The notes: generated by a model from the sequence alone, not told the origin. Positions 40,033 through 53,770 are shown, numbered from the whole stretch's first letter. The stretch is DNA of 63,683 nt, filler included, from Hyphochytrium catenoides (GCA_900088475.1; 10 parts of 10 records of this genome joined end to end with filler, not necessarily neighbours in it); one strand, 5' to 3'. A program made the numbers and translations.

Positions 40033-42450
40033 CTAATCATCTGCTGTTGTCGGCAAATAGCAGCAACAGAACTCCTGTTTACCAACCAAAATAATGGACT
40101 TGCCAGTGGGGCTCCAACGCAGTCCCCTTATGTCGAGGGTAGTTCCTTCCACTAGATGTACACAAGAGGTTTAGGGACTGTGAGAAGAACTCGCATGGTG
40201 CTACTTACCGGGCAAGTCTATCCACGAAGCTCCCTTTGTAGACCAGAGATAAAGCTGTAAAACAACGAGGCAATGTCAGCACATGTGGAATAATGGCTGC
40301 TGTTGGACGGCTCACCCTTTTCCCTCCAATTGCAACAGCTAACCGATTTTCGACTGGGTCCCAGCGCGCAGCCTTGATTGGCGCAAGCTGGACTGTGGTT
40401 GACACCATAATAGAACCTTTTAGGAACTCTTGACCACGAGATCGAGATAGAATACGTACCGAGGACAGAGTAGAGCTCCAACGTCTCCATTTGCCACATC
40501 CACAAAGTGTTTGGCATGTTGTCATTTCTTGTTACCTGAAAAGGTTCGCGGCGTTTTAGCAATCTCAGGTCAGGATCTTCTGTTCCAGGTGTTAGAGATA
40601 ATCCTACCACGAACTTTGAGTCTGCGCTCCATAACAAGGTCCCCACACCAAGCCGAGGGTTTGGTTTGCTATATATGGTGTACAAAGTTAGCCTGTCATG
40701 TAATGCCTGGTGGAGGATCAGAGCCATACCTCGGGTCAGGAGTGAGAATAGGCATAGGTATTGGCAAAGTGCCAGTCAAGTACGAAATCTCTTCTGGAAA
40801 CCGCTCGATAGGGCCAGTCCCAAGCGAAGCCAGGGAAAGCACTTTGCCCCTTGTCTTCACGGTGCTGTGACTTGCGCTGTCTTCATGTTCTGGCTCTCCC
40901 TCTTTGTTGGGGGTCTCTCCCCTCTGACACAATTATATTTACTGCTTCTACCAAAGGACGAACGTAGAGGAGACTCCTACCATCAGTAGCTCTCTTTTGC
41001 GCATGAGCTTCTCTTCTTGTTCTGCTTCGTCGGCATCGACCTCTTTGAAGACGATCTAGAGGAAAGAGTTACTATGGGTCACTCCTATGGTATGCGGAGG
41101 AGTCTTACCGCACTATTTGAGAGGTATGGTGTTCCATGTCCGAGCTCTGCCATTAGACGCCAATTGAGGTTGTTGAAGAAGCGTAGCTAATGACAACCGT
41201 TACAAGGTGGCTAAAGAGTCATTTAAGGACTATCAAACCTTTTCGTCATAGCTCCCGACAGCTAGAAATTGTCCGCTGGGAGACAGTGCCATCGACTTCA
41301 CACCCAAGCCTTGCTCATAGGCTTGATATCGGGCCAACAAAGAGCCTTCAAGAGAGTAGAAGAGAATTGCGTACTCCAGAACAGAGTCTCGCAGACACAA
41401 TTCTCTATGTCATCAGACCTAGTGTAAGAACTCCCGCCGCCATTAAGCAGGAGATTAGGGTACCTGTCATCGACACTCCAAACAAAGTCCACGAGATCAT
41501 AGGTCTCTACCGGGAACCGTCGAACCGTCTCCCAACTTTCACAGTGGTAGATGGTAACGTAGTCCTATTGGATGGTTATATCTTGCGCTAGTTCGAAGTA
41601 AAGGTAGTGGTCCCATCGTCCGGCTTACCTTACAGTCAACCCTCTCAGCTACTGCCAAGAATCTACCATTGTTAGAAAAGGCGATTGCAGAACTTGAGAA
41701 TTTGGGGTTTCTGTTGAGCTAACTCAGCGCAAGTCAGTCTGGGACAGAACTGCAAAGACAATTTACCTCAGATATGCGGTGGTCCCGTCCACCAGGGACC
41801 ACACGCTTATATGTACATTGAAGTCCGCAACCGTGAGAATTTGCCGACCATCAGGACACCAGCGTGCAGCTGCCTGTCATCCCGGAGCCCTGAGTTCTGC
41901 TCTCACAAAACCCTCTTTCAACCGCATTGAAATGTTACTTACCATGCCACAGACTCCTTCGTTTATTTTGCACGTCCACGAGCTATCATTGATGGACCAA
42001 ACCTGTATCAAACTAGCTTCAGGCTAAGATAAGTTAGATATAGAGTTGCGAATATGGTCCACACCTGCAGCAGTCCCTTCTTGTATATCGCCGCAAGAAT
42101 ATATTCGCCATCAGCATTCCACTCAATGTACTGCCAATCGTTTGCCGGGTAAATAATGACCACACCTAGCATTCACGGCAATCAAGGCAGCGAATAAAAT
42201 TACCTCTATCGTGTCCAAACAAGAGAAAATCTGTAGAATCTGAAGGTGATAACGCATCAGCAAACCGTATGCCCATTGCACCAATATATTAATGACTGAC
42301 CTGCATTGTTTCAGCATCTCGTATAGTGAGCCTGTTATCTTTCGCCGCGGCCAGTGTTGTCCCATCCGGGGACCATTGCACCAAGCCAAAGCTCTGTGCA
42401 TACAAATCCGAGAACGCCGCACCATCTGGCCCACTATCCTTGTTATCCAT
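40033..42450 (-). CDS. WRAP73: WD-repeat protein WRAP73/WDR8 (centriolar/ciliary)
   Basis: Multi-exon. [18 protein letters not shown]...[11 protein letters not shown]|[83 protein letters not shown]. Follows the WRAP73 motif order. Confidence 0.9.
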
Positions 42451-45400
42451 TGCCGCAGCTATTAGATGGCCCATACTAGGGCAGATCCGGGGCGTGATCT
42501 TGTTCTTCAATTTCTAGCCGTGAGTTCTAGGAGATAATAACCCTTCACGGAAAGTAGCATTCCTCGTGTTCGCAGCTTGTGACAACTTGAGATTTAGCCA
42601 ACAAGTATCCTGATTCTATAAGCACAAATTAGGATCTGGTTGGCTACTATGACTGACAGCTAGCGGTGAAGAAGGTTATGCAGAGTGTAGTTGCATCATC
42701 TTCATGAGCGGTACCGGCAAAAGTCCATCGATCGCCCTTGAAATTTCAACGTTCAGCTGGCGGTAGGAGAGGAACCACGACTTCGGCAGAGCTGTTGCAT
42801 CGCCGCGTAGAAAGCACCAAGACCTCACTACCTAACCTGGCGCAAGATAGTCTCTCCTAGGCTCCTAGGCCTCCATTGATGATGAGCAGCCTAAATAAAG
42901 CAAGCACTATGACTACTTCTATTATTACAAGTGCTTTTCCGTTTTGACTTTCACAATTGACATCTTTCGCGCCATTTCAGATGCCGCTAACGGTTCTTCA
43001 CCACTCCTCCTTTTTTTACAAGGGGGCAACAGGGTACAAGTAAACACTCTTTTCTTTCAACGCCGTCTCTTTGTTGGTGAACAAAATAAAATGCCTGCTG
43101 CTGCTGCGGCGAGGGAGCGTACTTAGAACATCATTATCTCTCAATGCAGCAGCCACAACAACCACCTGGCAGCAGCATCCTCTTCTTGAAGGAGATTGGC
43201 GCTGCAACAAGTAGTTCTGATGAGTCCAGAAAGATCACCAGCGATGATGATGGCCGCCGTCAATCAAAACAGACAAGGAGAAGAAGAAGAAGGAGAAGAA
43301 GCTTGTTTCTCCTCATTACGTTATTATTATCCATTATTTATCTTTGTTGAACGGAGAAGTGGTACCACCAGTTATGAGGTCGGCGAGCGAGAATTGCATG
43401 ATGGTTTACGGCGTATGAACACACGCCGACCTGGAAAGCCTACTACTAAATAAGCGAGCCTCCCTAAATTCATGGTGGATGATGGAATCAGAAGAGTCCT
43501 GTTGTGCAGTTAGTCTTAGTAGTTAGTTGTTGTTGCACGAGGAGAAAGAGGATAGCCAGCAGCAGCTGTAGTACAATTACTTACTCGCTGTTGCTTGCGC
43601 TCAGCATACTCAGCATGAGGAGGTAGTAGTACAACAAGCACCACCACCCACCGAGACCAAAGATATAAATTGATTTGTATAGAGGACTCACTCTTGAAAG
43701 TAAGTTCATCATCGTCTATGAAGGTAGTAATCAAGAATCAATCAACTCATATTAAATTTTTTCAGGAAGGAGGACAGAACACCTTGACCAGTCCACCACG
43801 CACCCAGAAGCGTAGATGAGCTCTACAAGGCTACTACCTTCTTAGTAGTCTAGCATCGTCTCTCCTCTAGGTACATCTATAGAGAAGAGATACGAGGATT
43901 CAAAAGGAAGGCGCCGAAGAGCACAATTAAAGCAAAAAGAAGGACGATAGTTCTCGGAGATTCTTTTAATAAAGCAAAAAGAGGGAGCTAGTGTCGAAGA
44001 TGTTCTGAAATGCCGGAAGAGGATAAGAGGAAGAATAAATGACGAACCGATACCCCATAGACAGTAGCTAGGGGCTGACCAGTCATCATAGACACAGGCT
44101 CAGCAGGTTTCCGATCTTTAGTTTAGGACGAGGATAGAACGCTAGTAGTAACCTTCATAAAGAGGACAGGCAGGAGGATACCCTTCCATTACCCTCTAGA
44201 GAGTACATATTTATAGTAATTACGAAAGTACTCCGTACTCTTTATAGTGGGATGAAACTTCGTCTTCTTACCTACGCCTTCAGGTGGCGGCGGCGGCAGC
44301 AGCATAATAGTTTGTACGTTTTTCAACGTCGAGATCAGAGGCGGCCGTGGACGAGGGGAAAGGGGCTGCGAACCTCATCGCCAATCGACCTGTATTTCGT
44401 AGTGTTCCTCTCTTTGGGGAGCTTCAATAATCAAGACTTCTTGTCGTAGTATGATGGCGTCTTATTAGCACTGAACCGTGTACTATTACTGCGGTAGCTT
44501 AAGTTAGAGTTGAGATTGAATGAGAGAGAACAGAGAAAGAAATCAATTTCTCTGCGGCAAAGCGCAGCTAATCTGATCATTTGAAAATATCCTCGTTAGC
44601 TCTTTCAGAACCGCCGCCATGACAATGAGAGTTGATGGAGGACGGAGGAAGTGAAGAGAAAGAGGCTTGTTGAGACGCTGCCATTTTATCTGAAACAGGC
44701 AACGATCCATCTTCTTCAAGGAACAACTAAGGTTGACTCAGTTTACTTATTTGTAGCATGCTTGGGTGCCTTTTTTTGTTGTTGTTCTGCAAGAGAAATG
44801 TGGGAGGATCCACTGCTCTCATCCTGCTTGTCAGTTGGCACCCTTCAGACCTCCCCTCGGCTTTTTATACACATACTTTGTGGCGGCTTGGGCAACCATG
44901 TTTATGTGTCCTCANNNNNNNNNNNNNNNNNNNNNNNNNNNNNNNNNNNNNNNNNNNNTTAATTAATTAANNNNNNNNNNNNNNNNNNNNNNNNNNNNNN
45001 NNNNNNNNNNNNNNGAAAAGAGATGTCTCCTGCGCTTTCTTCTTTTCCCTCTCGTGTCTCTTTTCTCAATTTTTCCCCTGTCTCTTCCATCTCTCGACGA
45101 GTTACGTCTTTCTCTCTGATAGCCCGCATACCCTTGTTCTCTGTATGTTCTCTGTATATATTTTTAGTCTTTCCGCCATTTTTCTAATCGATCATCAGCT
45201 CCCTCTGCTCCTCTTTTCCTCTCTGCTCTGCCCTGTTCCCGGCTTGTTATGGAAGAAAAATGAAGAACGTCATCATTTAGGAGAGAGACGGAGCGAGAAA
45301 TAGTGTAAGGAGAAACCTCCTCCTTACGCAAACACGTTGTCCTCTTCTACTCTCTCTCTATTAACTAGTAATTCATTCATAGATTTTCCTCGTCCCTCAC

Positions 45401-46883
45401 ACTCGAACTCCTTACAAATAGTACTTCTGAAATGAGGTAAAGTTTACAGCTACTCTCCTTCTTGCCTTTTACTACTTCTTCCAGTTGTTCCAAGAGCTTT
45501 TTGTCTCTAACAGGACACTAGGAAGACGGTCTGCTTCCGCATACGCTTTCTCTTCCTGCCTTCCCTTTTGCATCTATACGTTTTGAATGAAAAGGAGAAG
45601 GAAACCCTTAAGCCCAGAAGAGGCAGGGGCAGGAAAGGAAACTATTTTCTTCTTGTCGTTTCCTATCTATCGCTTCCCCCCCCTCTCCGCATGCAGCTTT
45701 CACGATTTTTTGCATACGAACCCTGCTTTCCCAGTCCCAATCCCTTTTCTATTTTTTTATTGCTAAGACGAGAAAGCGAAGGAGGGGAAGAAGAGAAAAT
45801 GGTACAGGCAAAGCAGGCTCTTTCTACGGCCTGCACTTTCTTCCCTTCCCTCTGCGTGCGCTGACAAAGATCCCAGCAAAGGCAAGGACAGGGCAAGATG
45901 AATGGTCTGGTGGGCTAAACTGTCTCCTAATAAAGGAAGCCTGCTAAATACTCTCAGTCTTCCCTCTATCTGTCACTCACACATAATAGAAGACGAAGGT
46001 GAGGAGGAAGCAGGAAAAAAAGGAAAGGGAGAGAAGAGAGAGCAGCCGATGGCCGGGAGAAAAGTTGCTCCCCAAGCCAAGCAACTCTATGTGACTGGTA
46101 GATGATTGAGTCAGACTTGAGAAGTAGGAGAGGCGATCTCAAATCTTCCGCCCTCGTCGGCCTCACAGCTAAACAACAATTCCTTTTGTTCTTTCTTCTT
46201 CGACCATGGCTTCCCAGCAGATGTCATTCTCTTCTCCGGGTTGTTCAAGTGTCTTAAGCTTGCCTCCATTACGTTATCCTTCCTGTCATCGTCTCCCCCT
46301 ACGCTGTTCTCTCTCTGCTCAACATTTTCCTCCAGTGCCTCTTCCCATCACTTTTTCCTCCACCTCTGGCTTTCGCCTGTGGGGCTTTCGTTTCTACCCC
46401 TTTAGCTCCAATGCGACTTCCTCGTCAAATCTTCTCTCTGTCGGGTTTTTATAATCAAGCTCTGCTGCTTTTCTGCTCTGGGACCTGTGGTCCTCTCTCT
46501 TATGACCACTTCCTCTCCGGCGTACATCGTCTTTCCTTTCCGTGTCTGTGGTTGCTCTCATATTATCTGTGTTGTGATGCGTCTCTCCTATTATCATTCT
46601 CTTCTCCCAGTGCTTTCTCTACGCTGTGGTGCTTCTATCATCACCTGCTTCTTCTTTCTTCTATGACTCTTGGTAAGATATTCCTCTTCTGTCGCTCTGG
46701 CGGCGGAGCGTCTTCTATTGCGGCGCGTTCTCTCCTAATCCTTTGGGTCGGTCCTCGACCTCCTTACGAGAAGTGATTTCTTTGCTTATCAGTGTTATAA
46801 TCCCATGATGCTTCCCTCTTTATCTAGCGTCGTCGACTCCCTGCGTGTGATGGTGCTTCCTCAGCCATAATTCCCTCCGACTA

Positions 46884-47340
46884 CTACGTCATAATCCTGC
46901 TTCGCTCGGCAATATTTGTCTCTATTGCTGCTTTTCTCGAATGGTCCTCGCCTATTAGTTGATGATGCTTCGGCCTGTTATTTAGTTCTATGTTCTCTCC
47001 ATAATACCGTGTCCAGCGCTTCCACGTCCTCAAATGCCATTGTCTAAGCAGGAGCCATAGCACTTGGCCGCAGTCAGTATGACGAGTGGCATTTGGGGCA
47101 TAAAGAAAGAATGGACGGGCAGCATGAGGGAGGTCTGATGGAGAAAAGAAAGACTTCCGCGAGGCCCAAGATTGAGCAGACAACAGCGTCGTCGTCAAGA
47201 GTGAATCCCTATGATGGTGATGGCTGCCACGAATGGAATATTGACCCCCGGAAAGGTGACTGATAGCTCTTTCACAAGGCCTTAAACGCCAACTACTGGT
47301 TCAACACAAGCCTCATAATGTAATGCTAGCACTGCTGCCT
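46884..47340 (-). mobile_element. Possible degenerate Ty3/Gypsy RT-RNase H relic
   Basis: LAFKAL, DLPHAARPFFLYAPNAT...CGQVL and WHLRTWKRWTRYYGENIEL resemble the AF..LK / L..PD..PF.L.TDAS...GAVL / AL..W..YL.G motifs of Gypsy RNase H. Catalytic residues are decayed. Confidence 0.3.
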
Positions 47341-48841
47341 GGCTTTCCTTACCTCAACAAAGCAGAGAAGGCCCAACAGGATGTTTCTAAGCGGAAGCGG
47401 ATCAAGCGCAAACACTTTTATTACAAGGGAAATATATGATAAGCTTAACACGACATGCAGCAGCGAACCACCAGGCAAGGGACTTCAATACCGTTCAGAC
47501 AGGGAAGGGAGACAGTTCCTTCTCTAACGGATTCTACGAGGTGGGACGTCTTTGATTTAAAGAGTAGAAAGGGGATGGTTGGGAGAGAGAGAAGTCGTCG
47601 GTGCTGCGGTTGGCCGAAGAAGGAGAAAAAGAGGGCGTGAAAGAAAGGGCATGAAAAAAAGAGAACAGAGGCCAAAAGAGAGAGAGAGAGCCTCCTATTT
47701 GTTGAAAGAGAGAGCGAGGAAAGCCAATGGCTAACATCCATCTCTGTGAGGCGCATTGCGACCGGAACCGGGCCCCAGGAACTCCTCAGTCAAGAACGGT
47801 GCAGCCCCCACCCAATCCTAGCAGACACTCCCGGTGTACTCCTATGTCAAAACACTTGGCAACAGTCCGGCATCGCTAATTAATAACAATTGAACGGAGG
47901 CGGAGAGAAGAAGAAGAGAGAGAGGTAAAAGAAGAAAGACGAAGAACCGATGCTGCTGCGGCCTCCCGCTGGTTGGTTGGGCATCGCATCTGCGACTCTT
48001 AATATCGCACCCTGGCTAGGTATAATGAGAGAATGTTCCTCCATACAGCTCTCCTATCTGTTTTNNNNNNNNNNNNNNNNNNNNNNNNNNNNNNNNNNNN
48101 NNNNNNNNTTAATTAATTAANNNNNNNNNNNNNNNNNNNNNNNNNNNNNNNNNNNNNNNNNNNNAGGAAGATGAGTTGGCTGCGAGGTGAAAGGCTGTGA
48201 CTCCTTGAGGTGGGGCGAGAGAGAGTGCATGAGACGCTAGAGGAGGAGAAGATATCAAGGGAAGGCACTGACAAGACAGAGCAAGGAAGAGGAAGGGGTC
48301 GCCCGATTAATGAATAAGAGGAAGGGAGCGAGACAGGGGAAAAGAAGAGAGGGGAGAGGGGGGAGAGGAGAGAGAGGACAGGGAAAAGGATGGGAGGTTA
48401 TTCCTTGTATATAGCATGTGGATAGTCAAGTCAGGCATCTGGCGTCCTGCATGTGGCGGTTATTCATCTCTAACTACTGACAACACGTGACTGAGACAGG
48501 GTGAGGAGACGAGAGTGAGACAGGAAGAGGGAAAGATAGCGAGGAGAGGAAGAGCATCAACAATGGAGGATGGGACGGAGGGGAAATGAAATCAGAGAGA
48601 GAGAGACGGAGAGAAAGAAAGCGATGGGAAGCCGCAGCAGCTGGCCCGAAGTAGTTCTACCGCCCGTCCCCATCCCTAAAAAAGCAACTGACGGCTCTCT
48701 CTCTCTCTTCTCAGGAACCGATCCTGGCACAATACGTGTGTTTGCCACCTTAGTTAAGGCGGGAGGAGTCATGCGTTCTCTTCTCCATCTCTTCCCTCCT
48801 GCGTTAGCATCTCGGGTTGATTTGATGGCAGGAGAAGAAAG

Positions 48842-48893
<52 letters not shown>

Positions 48894-49386
48894 CGGCCGC
48901 CTTTTAGATGTCTTTAATCAAATCATAGTGCCCTTGGCACGGTGACAAGACGACCGTTGGTAAGCACCGTTAGTCTTCTGATGGGACTTCGTCTCTCCCT
49001 TGTCTCTCTAAACTCTCTTTTCTTTCAAAGCAGCGGCTGATCTTCCTTCTGCCGGACTTGCGTTAAAGAGAAGTCAGTTGGCACAAAGATGACTGCGTGC
49101 AAGGAATAGCTAACATGTTCAGACGTGAGTACCAGAGAGAGAGAGAGAGAGTAAGAGAGAAGAGAGCTAACTACGCCCTTCAAAGATAGGGCAATGCCCG
49201 TTACTTTCCCCTCTCCGGTTGCCTGAGCTTTCTCTCCTCTAGGTCTGTCTTCTTTTGTTCCTTAGTCACTATCACTAGCAGTCATATTACTGCTACTGCT
49301 TGAGAGGCAAAGGGAAAGAGACAGACGAAAGAAAGAGAACCGTTGAGGGCCAAAGTACTGAGCAGACAAGGAGACCGGCATTAGAC

Positions 49387-49419
<33 letters not shown>

Positions 49420-49791
49420 TCTATATTTCTCTATTACCTAAAAACGCCCGAAACCAGAGCACAACCATCATGCAACCTCCTGCATATACTGCTATCCTGC
49501 CAGAGGATAGGGAGGAGTTACTCTCAATCTTGAGGCTAGCAAGAAGCGGCGGCAGCAGTCCTTTCCATCTCTCTCCCCTCTCCCCCTCCCCTTCTCGCTC
49601 TCTTCTTTCTCTCCTACTCCTCGAGGTCTCTCTCCTTACAGCCGAACGCTCTTCCCTCCTCGCTCCACTGTTCATTGTTGGCTGCTGCTCAGTTCTATCT
49701 GCGTATGGCTGGTGCTAACTGTCGAGAAGGACGCAACGCTCTTAACGGAATATTTTTTGGCCCCATATGGAGAGAGAGAGATGTGAAGCAG

Positions 49792-49822
<31 letters not shown>

Positions 49823-50639
49823 AGNNNNNNNNNNNNNNNNNNNNNNNNNNNNNNNNNNNNNNNNNNNNTTAATTAATTAANNNNNNNNNNNNNNNNNNNN
49901 NNNNNNNNNNNNNNNNNNNNNNNNGCGAGGGCGGCGGAGGATAACGCGTTGTAGAGTCCAGGGCTTTGTAGCCCTCGTCTTCTCTTCTTTTCTCTTCTTC
50001 TTCTCCTTTTTCTTCTTCTCTCTGTCTTCTTCTTCTTCTTTTACTCCTTGTTAGCTTCATCTCTTACTTCTTCTTCTAACTTCTTAGCTTCATCTTTTAC
50101 TTCTTAGTAGTTATTAGTAGTAGCTATGTAAAAATTATTGTGCGAACACTATTGGATGTGCGAACAAGTGAAGAAATGGCAGACAAAGAAGGAGTGTATG
50201 TAGGGAGAAAGTGGGGAAGAAAGCAAAAGCACCGAGACAATCCTGTAGAGAGAGAAGGAGAGCGAGAGAGAAACAGGGGAGACGAGAAGAAAGATAGCTT
50301 GCAGACAACAAAAATAGAGCCTCGACTCTTTGAGTAGACACCAGAGAAAAACCCACCGCCAGAGTGAAAGGAAGGGGGAGGGAGCGAAGGAACAGAGCCG
50401 GAGAGACGTAGGTATGTCTCACCATCCAGACAAGGCCCTATGGGAGTGAGGCTGACGCAGAGACAGACCAAATTAATTTGATGCAATTAGCAGCGCCTTT
50501 GGTTGTGGAGCATTGTACGACGACAGCGGACACCCGCGAGGGAGGCCTACTACCTAGGATCTAGAGAGAGGAGACAAGCACACGAAGCAAAAGGCGCCGC
50601 TGTCGCGCCAGCTCTGACCGTGAGAAAACCCGTTCGAGG

Positions 50640-50860
50640 CTCAGAGGAGTATAGACCCTCGAGGGTTGCGTCCACCCGCTGGGGACAAGGCTCTATAAGC
50701 GTTCAGGATCCTTGAATACTACTGACCAAAGAAAAGGGTTGGCGATAGCTAAGTGCAAACAGATAATACTGGGATCATGATGGAGACAACACTGAGGAGG
50801 CAATCCTAGAGGTACAGTATGACCGAGCGGATGGTGGGGATCTATCAGGAGCTTGACCAT
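50640..50860 (+). mobile_element. Possible frameshifted LTR-retrotransposon integrase relic
   Basis: Fragments across frames (RPSRVAS..GQGS, GIMMETTL, GGNPRG, SMTERMVG, SIRSL) follow the rve core order P..ivSDqG / Gi....t / P..NG..ER.v.tik. Confidence 0.25.
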
Positions 50861-51913
50861 TCATTGCTGCTTTAACTCTCTTGTTGATGATGTCCGTCCG
50901 TCAGCAGGAAGGAGCTGAGGAACTTATTAGAGAAGAATCGGGAAGCCACCGTAGCTCACACTTCTTGGAAGCTGTAAAGAGAAGAAGAGATCATGGTGGT
51001 GAAAGATAGAATGGGGTGCTTTTCGTTTTGTCGTTGCGCTTCTGATACGGTTTTGGCTTGGACCCACCCAGATTCTAAAGTTGGCTGCTGCCTCATCCCA
51101 CCATAAACGTTGCGCGCTATGGTAGGGACGACAAACAGAAGGATGACTGGCGGAGGAGGGTCCGCCCATCTGCTCTTCAGACTATTATAATCATGATACT
51201 TAGGAAAGATAGAAAAACCAGAAAGAACAGGGCAACTTAGTGAGGCGCCACAGAGCCACAGAGAGAAAGTTCTTCGTGTTGACCACCAGGAGTGCTTCAG
51301 TTGAGTTCTATCAGCGAGGAAGAAGAAAGAGGATTGTAGTCCGTCTTTGATGAGCCAAACGCTCTCCAATGATGCGAGACAGGGAAAACTCTTGATCCTC
51401 CTCATGACCAACCAGGGGAGAACTTTTATAATAAAAAGGAGCGGGAATGGCCGCAGCAACTGGAAGTAGGAGAAGAAGGAGAAAGACAAGAGACACGGGG
51501 GAGAAAGCTGAGTAGTAGAGTGGAAGGGTTCGAGGAGGAAGAGCATTGTGGGCAACCTGGAGACTAGCATAATGCCTAATACGGCTACTGAAATATAGGA
51601 GCCTCGTTATTCTCCTTTCATGTTATGATGGATGAGTTGCCTCTTTCTCATCACATCTGGTCTGTGGCTTTGGGGGCGCTTTGTCCCAATTTCTTTCTCG
51701 GGTGGTTCTAGCTTCAGAGGTAATGGGCTTATAATAGATCATCCAGTAGTTCTCCGTCTGTGGTCGCAAGTCTGGACTTTATTATGATGTACGCTAGCTC
51801 GTACGGCAATAATAAGGCTCTCCTGCCCGCACTGAGCATTTTAGAGATGATGCAGTCTGGCAGCTGGTCTAAGCTGGTCTAGCAAGAAGTTTCAGCATGA
51901 GAGTTGTTATTAT

Positions 51914-52320
51914 AGGGCACGGTCGAGTGAGTCACTGTTCTATTGTTATAAAATAGAGTTCCGGAAAGCCGTAGCCTAAACTACTACCGATCCATTATTA
52001 TCATTCTTATGCCTTGTTGGGTCTCCTGAGACCGGAGTACTGAGCCATGTCCACGTCGGTGACGGATCCCGCATAAGATAATAATGAAGCATCCAACACG
52101 TTTAGTTCTCAAGGGCACGGTCGAGTGAGTCACTATTTTATGATAGGACTATAAAATAGTAGAGTACTGGAACTGAGGCCTTACTACTGATTCTCATTAC
52201 TATGCCTTGTTGGGTCTCCTGAGACCTGAGTACTGAGCCATGTCCATGTCAATGTAGGGTCCAGGATAAGATAGTTCTATAGTAAATAAAGCATCATCCA
52301 ATACTTTTTTTTTCATGAGG
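51914..52320. repeat. Tandem direct repeat, period ~198 bp, two copies plus the start of a third
   Basis: AGGGCACGGTCGAGTGAGTCACT at 51914 and 52112. Both copies share the core TATGCCTTGTTGGGTCTCCTGAGACCnGAGTACTGAGCCATGTCCA. Confidence 0.85.
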
Positions 52321-52765
52321 GTCGCACGACGAGGATTCTATCACTCTACTAATCATAGTCAAACGCCGAAGGCGGAACGCAATCCTCTGCAACATAGGAT
52401 ACATTTTTAGAGGGGTGAGGCGGGGGAAGAAGGGCAAATGGATACTATTCCTACTTGTAGGAGGCCAAAGTCTGACATCTAACAGACGTTTTGCACTTGC
52501 GCTCCCGCCTTCATAACTCTGTAGGAGTATATGGCACCTGCCTTCAGTCTCCTCCTTACGTTCCTCCTGAGCGGGACGAGCGACGTTGTTATTATAGATC
52601 GTCTAATGAGTTGCGATGATTGGTGCCAGAGGCTGCAAGCACCTCTCAACAACCATTTCTCCCATCCGCTCACTTCATAATTTCCCCAGTACTACTCTCC
52701 GACTCTTGGTTGGAGACTACTACCTGTGTCCAAGGCTTTTGATCAATCTAGTTCAAAACATACCC

Positions 52766-53770
52766 ATGACGCGCCACCGCCGTAGTACCACGCGGGGCAT
52801 CGCCGCTAGGAACAGTGGAAATAGTTCGTGCTTCCTACGCTGCGCTGCCACTTTCATTGCGGCCATTGCTTTATTCACTTCATCGCTGATCAGCACCTTG
52901 GCCAGCGATGAGCATCAAGCTGAAGTCCAGCACAACAACCCAAGATCTCATGACGGTCTTGCCTCAAATCTTCGGCGAGAACTCGCGGACGACCATAACG
53001 TAGAGCAGATAAGGAGCAGTAGTTCGGACATCATCGATGTCGTGACTGATGAGGACGTCTGGAGTACACTAGAAAAGACGCCACAACACAAGCGAAAGCT
53101 AGCAGTCAGGAAGTGGAAATATGTAACTTTGAGGTCCCAGGAATACACTTTCCAGCAAACCTTCACCCGTCTCTGCTATCGGCACAACTCCGGCCGGTGG
53201 CACTGTGACAAAAGGCATCACTATCCTGTGAAGGAGTGCCACCCAAACACCGTTTGTTCCTCCCGCGCGAAATGCAGCTTTGAGACTGGAATCTGTTACG
53301 TTCACACTTGTAACCCTGCCGGCACCAGTTGTGACCTGGAAGTGCGCAACTCCAATAGCGGTCACTTTCTTCTGGCAAGCCAGTTTGATTTTGGGAACCT
53401 TTGCCCTTCAGCGGCTGCTACGTCCTGCGAGCACGGAGCCCTTGCAACCAGAAGGAAGAACTCCCCACCGGGCGGCTCCTACTTCGAGTTGGTATGTTCA
53501 ACTACATTTCCCGCAGGGGTCCGCCGGTCATCTTCGCGCTATTGCACAATGGTCGAGAAGTCGCAATCCCGGCAAGGTCTTTTTTTCTCAAACAATCTCT
53601 TTGCCTGGCGCCTGTCGAAGCCTGGCAACTCACATTCCAGGACTCTTCTGGACTGGTCTCAGTTTGTCAATCCCCAGCCCTTTGATCCACAAAACCCTCC
53701 AATTATTATCGACCCTCAAGCCGTTCTTCAAGTCTTCGGAGAAAATGTCTTCGAACTTATGTTCCTCTGA
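52766..53770 (+). CDS. Secreted cysteine-rich protein with a pro-region, intronless, function unknown
   Basis: Likely ATG at 52766. Hydrophobic signal/anchor FIAAIALFTSSLISTLA, LRREL and KRKL motifs, then a domain with about 12 Cys. Confidence 0.7.
   Translation: MTRHRRSTTRGIAARNSGNSSCFLRCAATFIAAIALFTSSLISTLASDEHQAEVQHNNPRSHDGLASNLRRELADDHNVEQIRSSSSDIIDVVTDEDVWSTLEKTPQHKRKLAVRKWKYVTLRSQEYTFQQTFTRLCYRHNSGRWHCDKRHHYPVKECHPNTVCSSRAKCSFETGICYVHTCNPAGTSCDLEVRNSNSGHFLLASQFDFGNLCPSAAATSCEHGALATRRKNSPPGGSYFELVCSTTFPAGVRRSSSRYCTMVEKSQSRQGLFFSNNLFAWRLSKPGNSHSRTLLDWSQFVNPQPFDPQNPPIIIDPQAVLQVFGENVFELMFL

Noticed and set aside
51914-52320. CRISPR-like repeat-spacer array
   Set aside because: Only two units, the intervening sequences are homologous rather than unique, and the context is eukaryotic with no cas genes.
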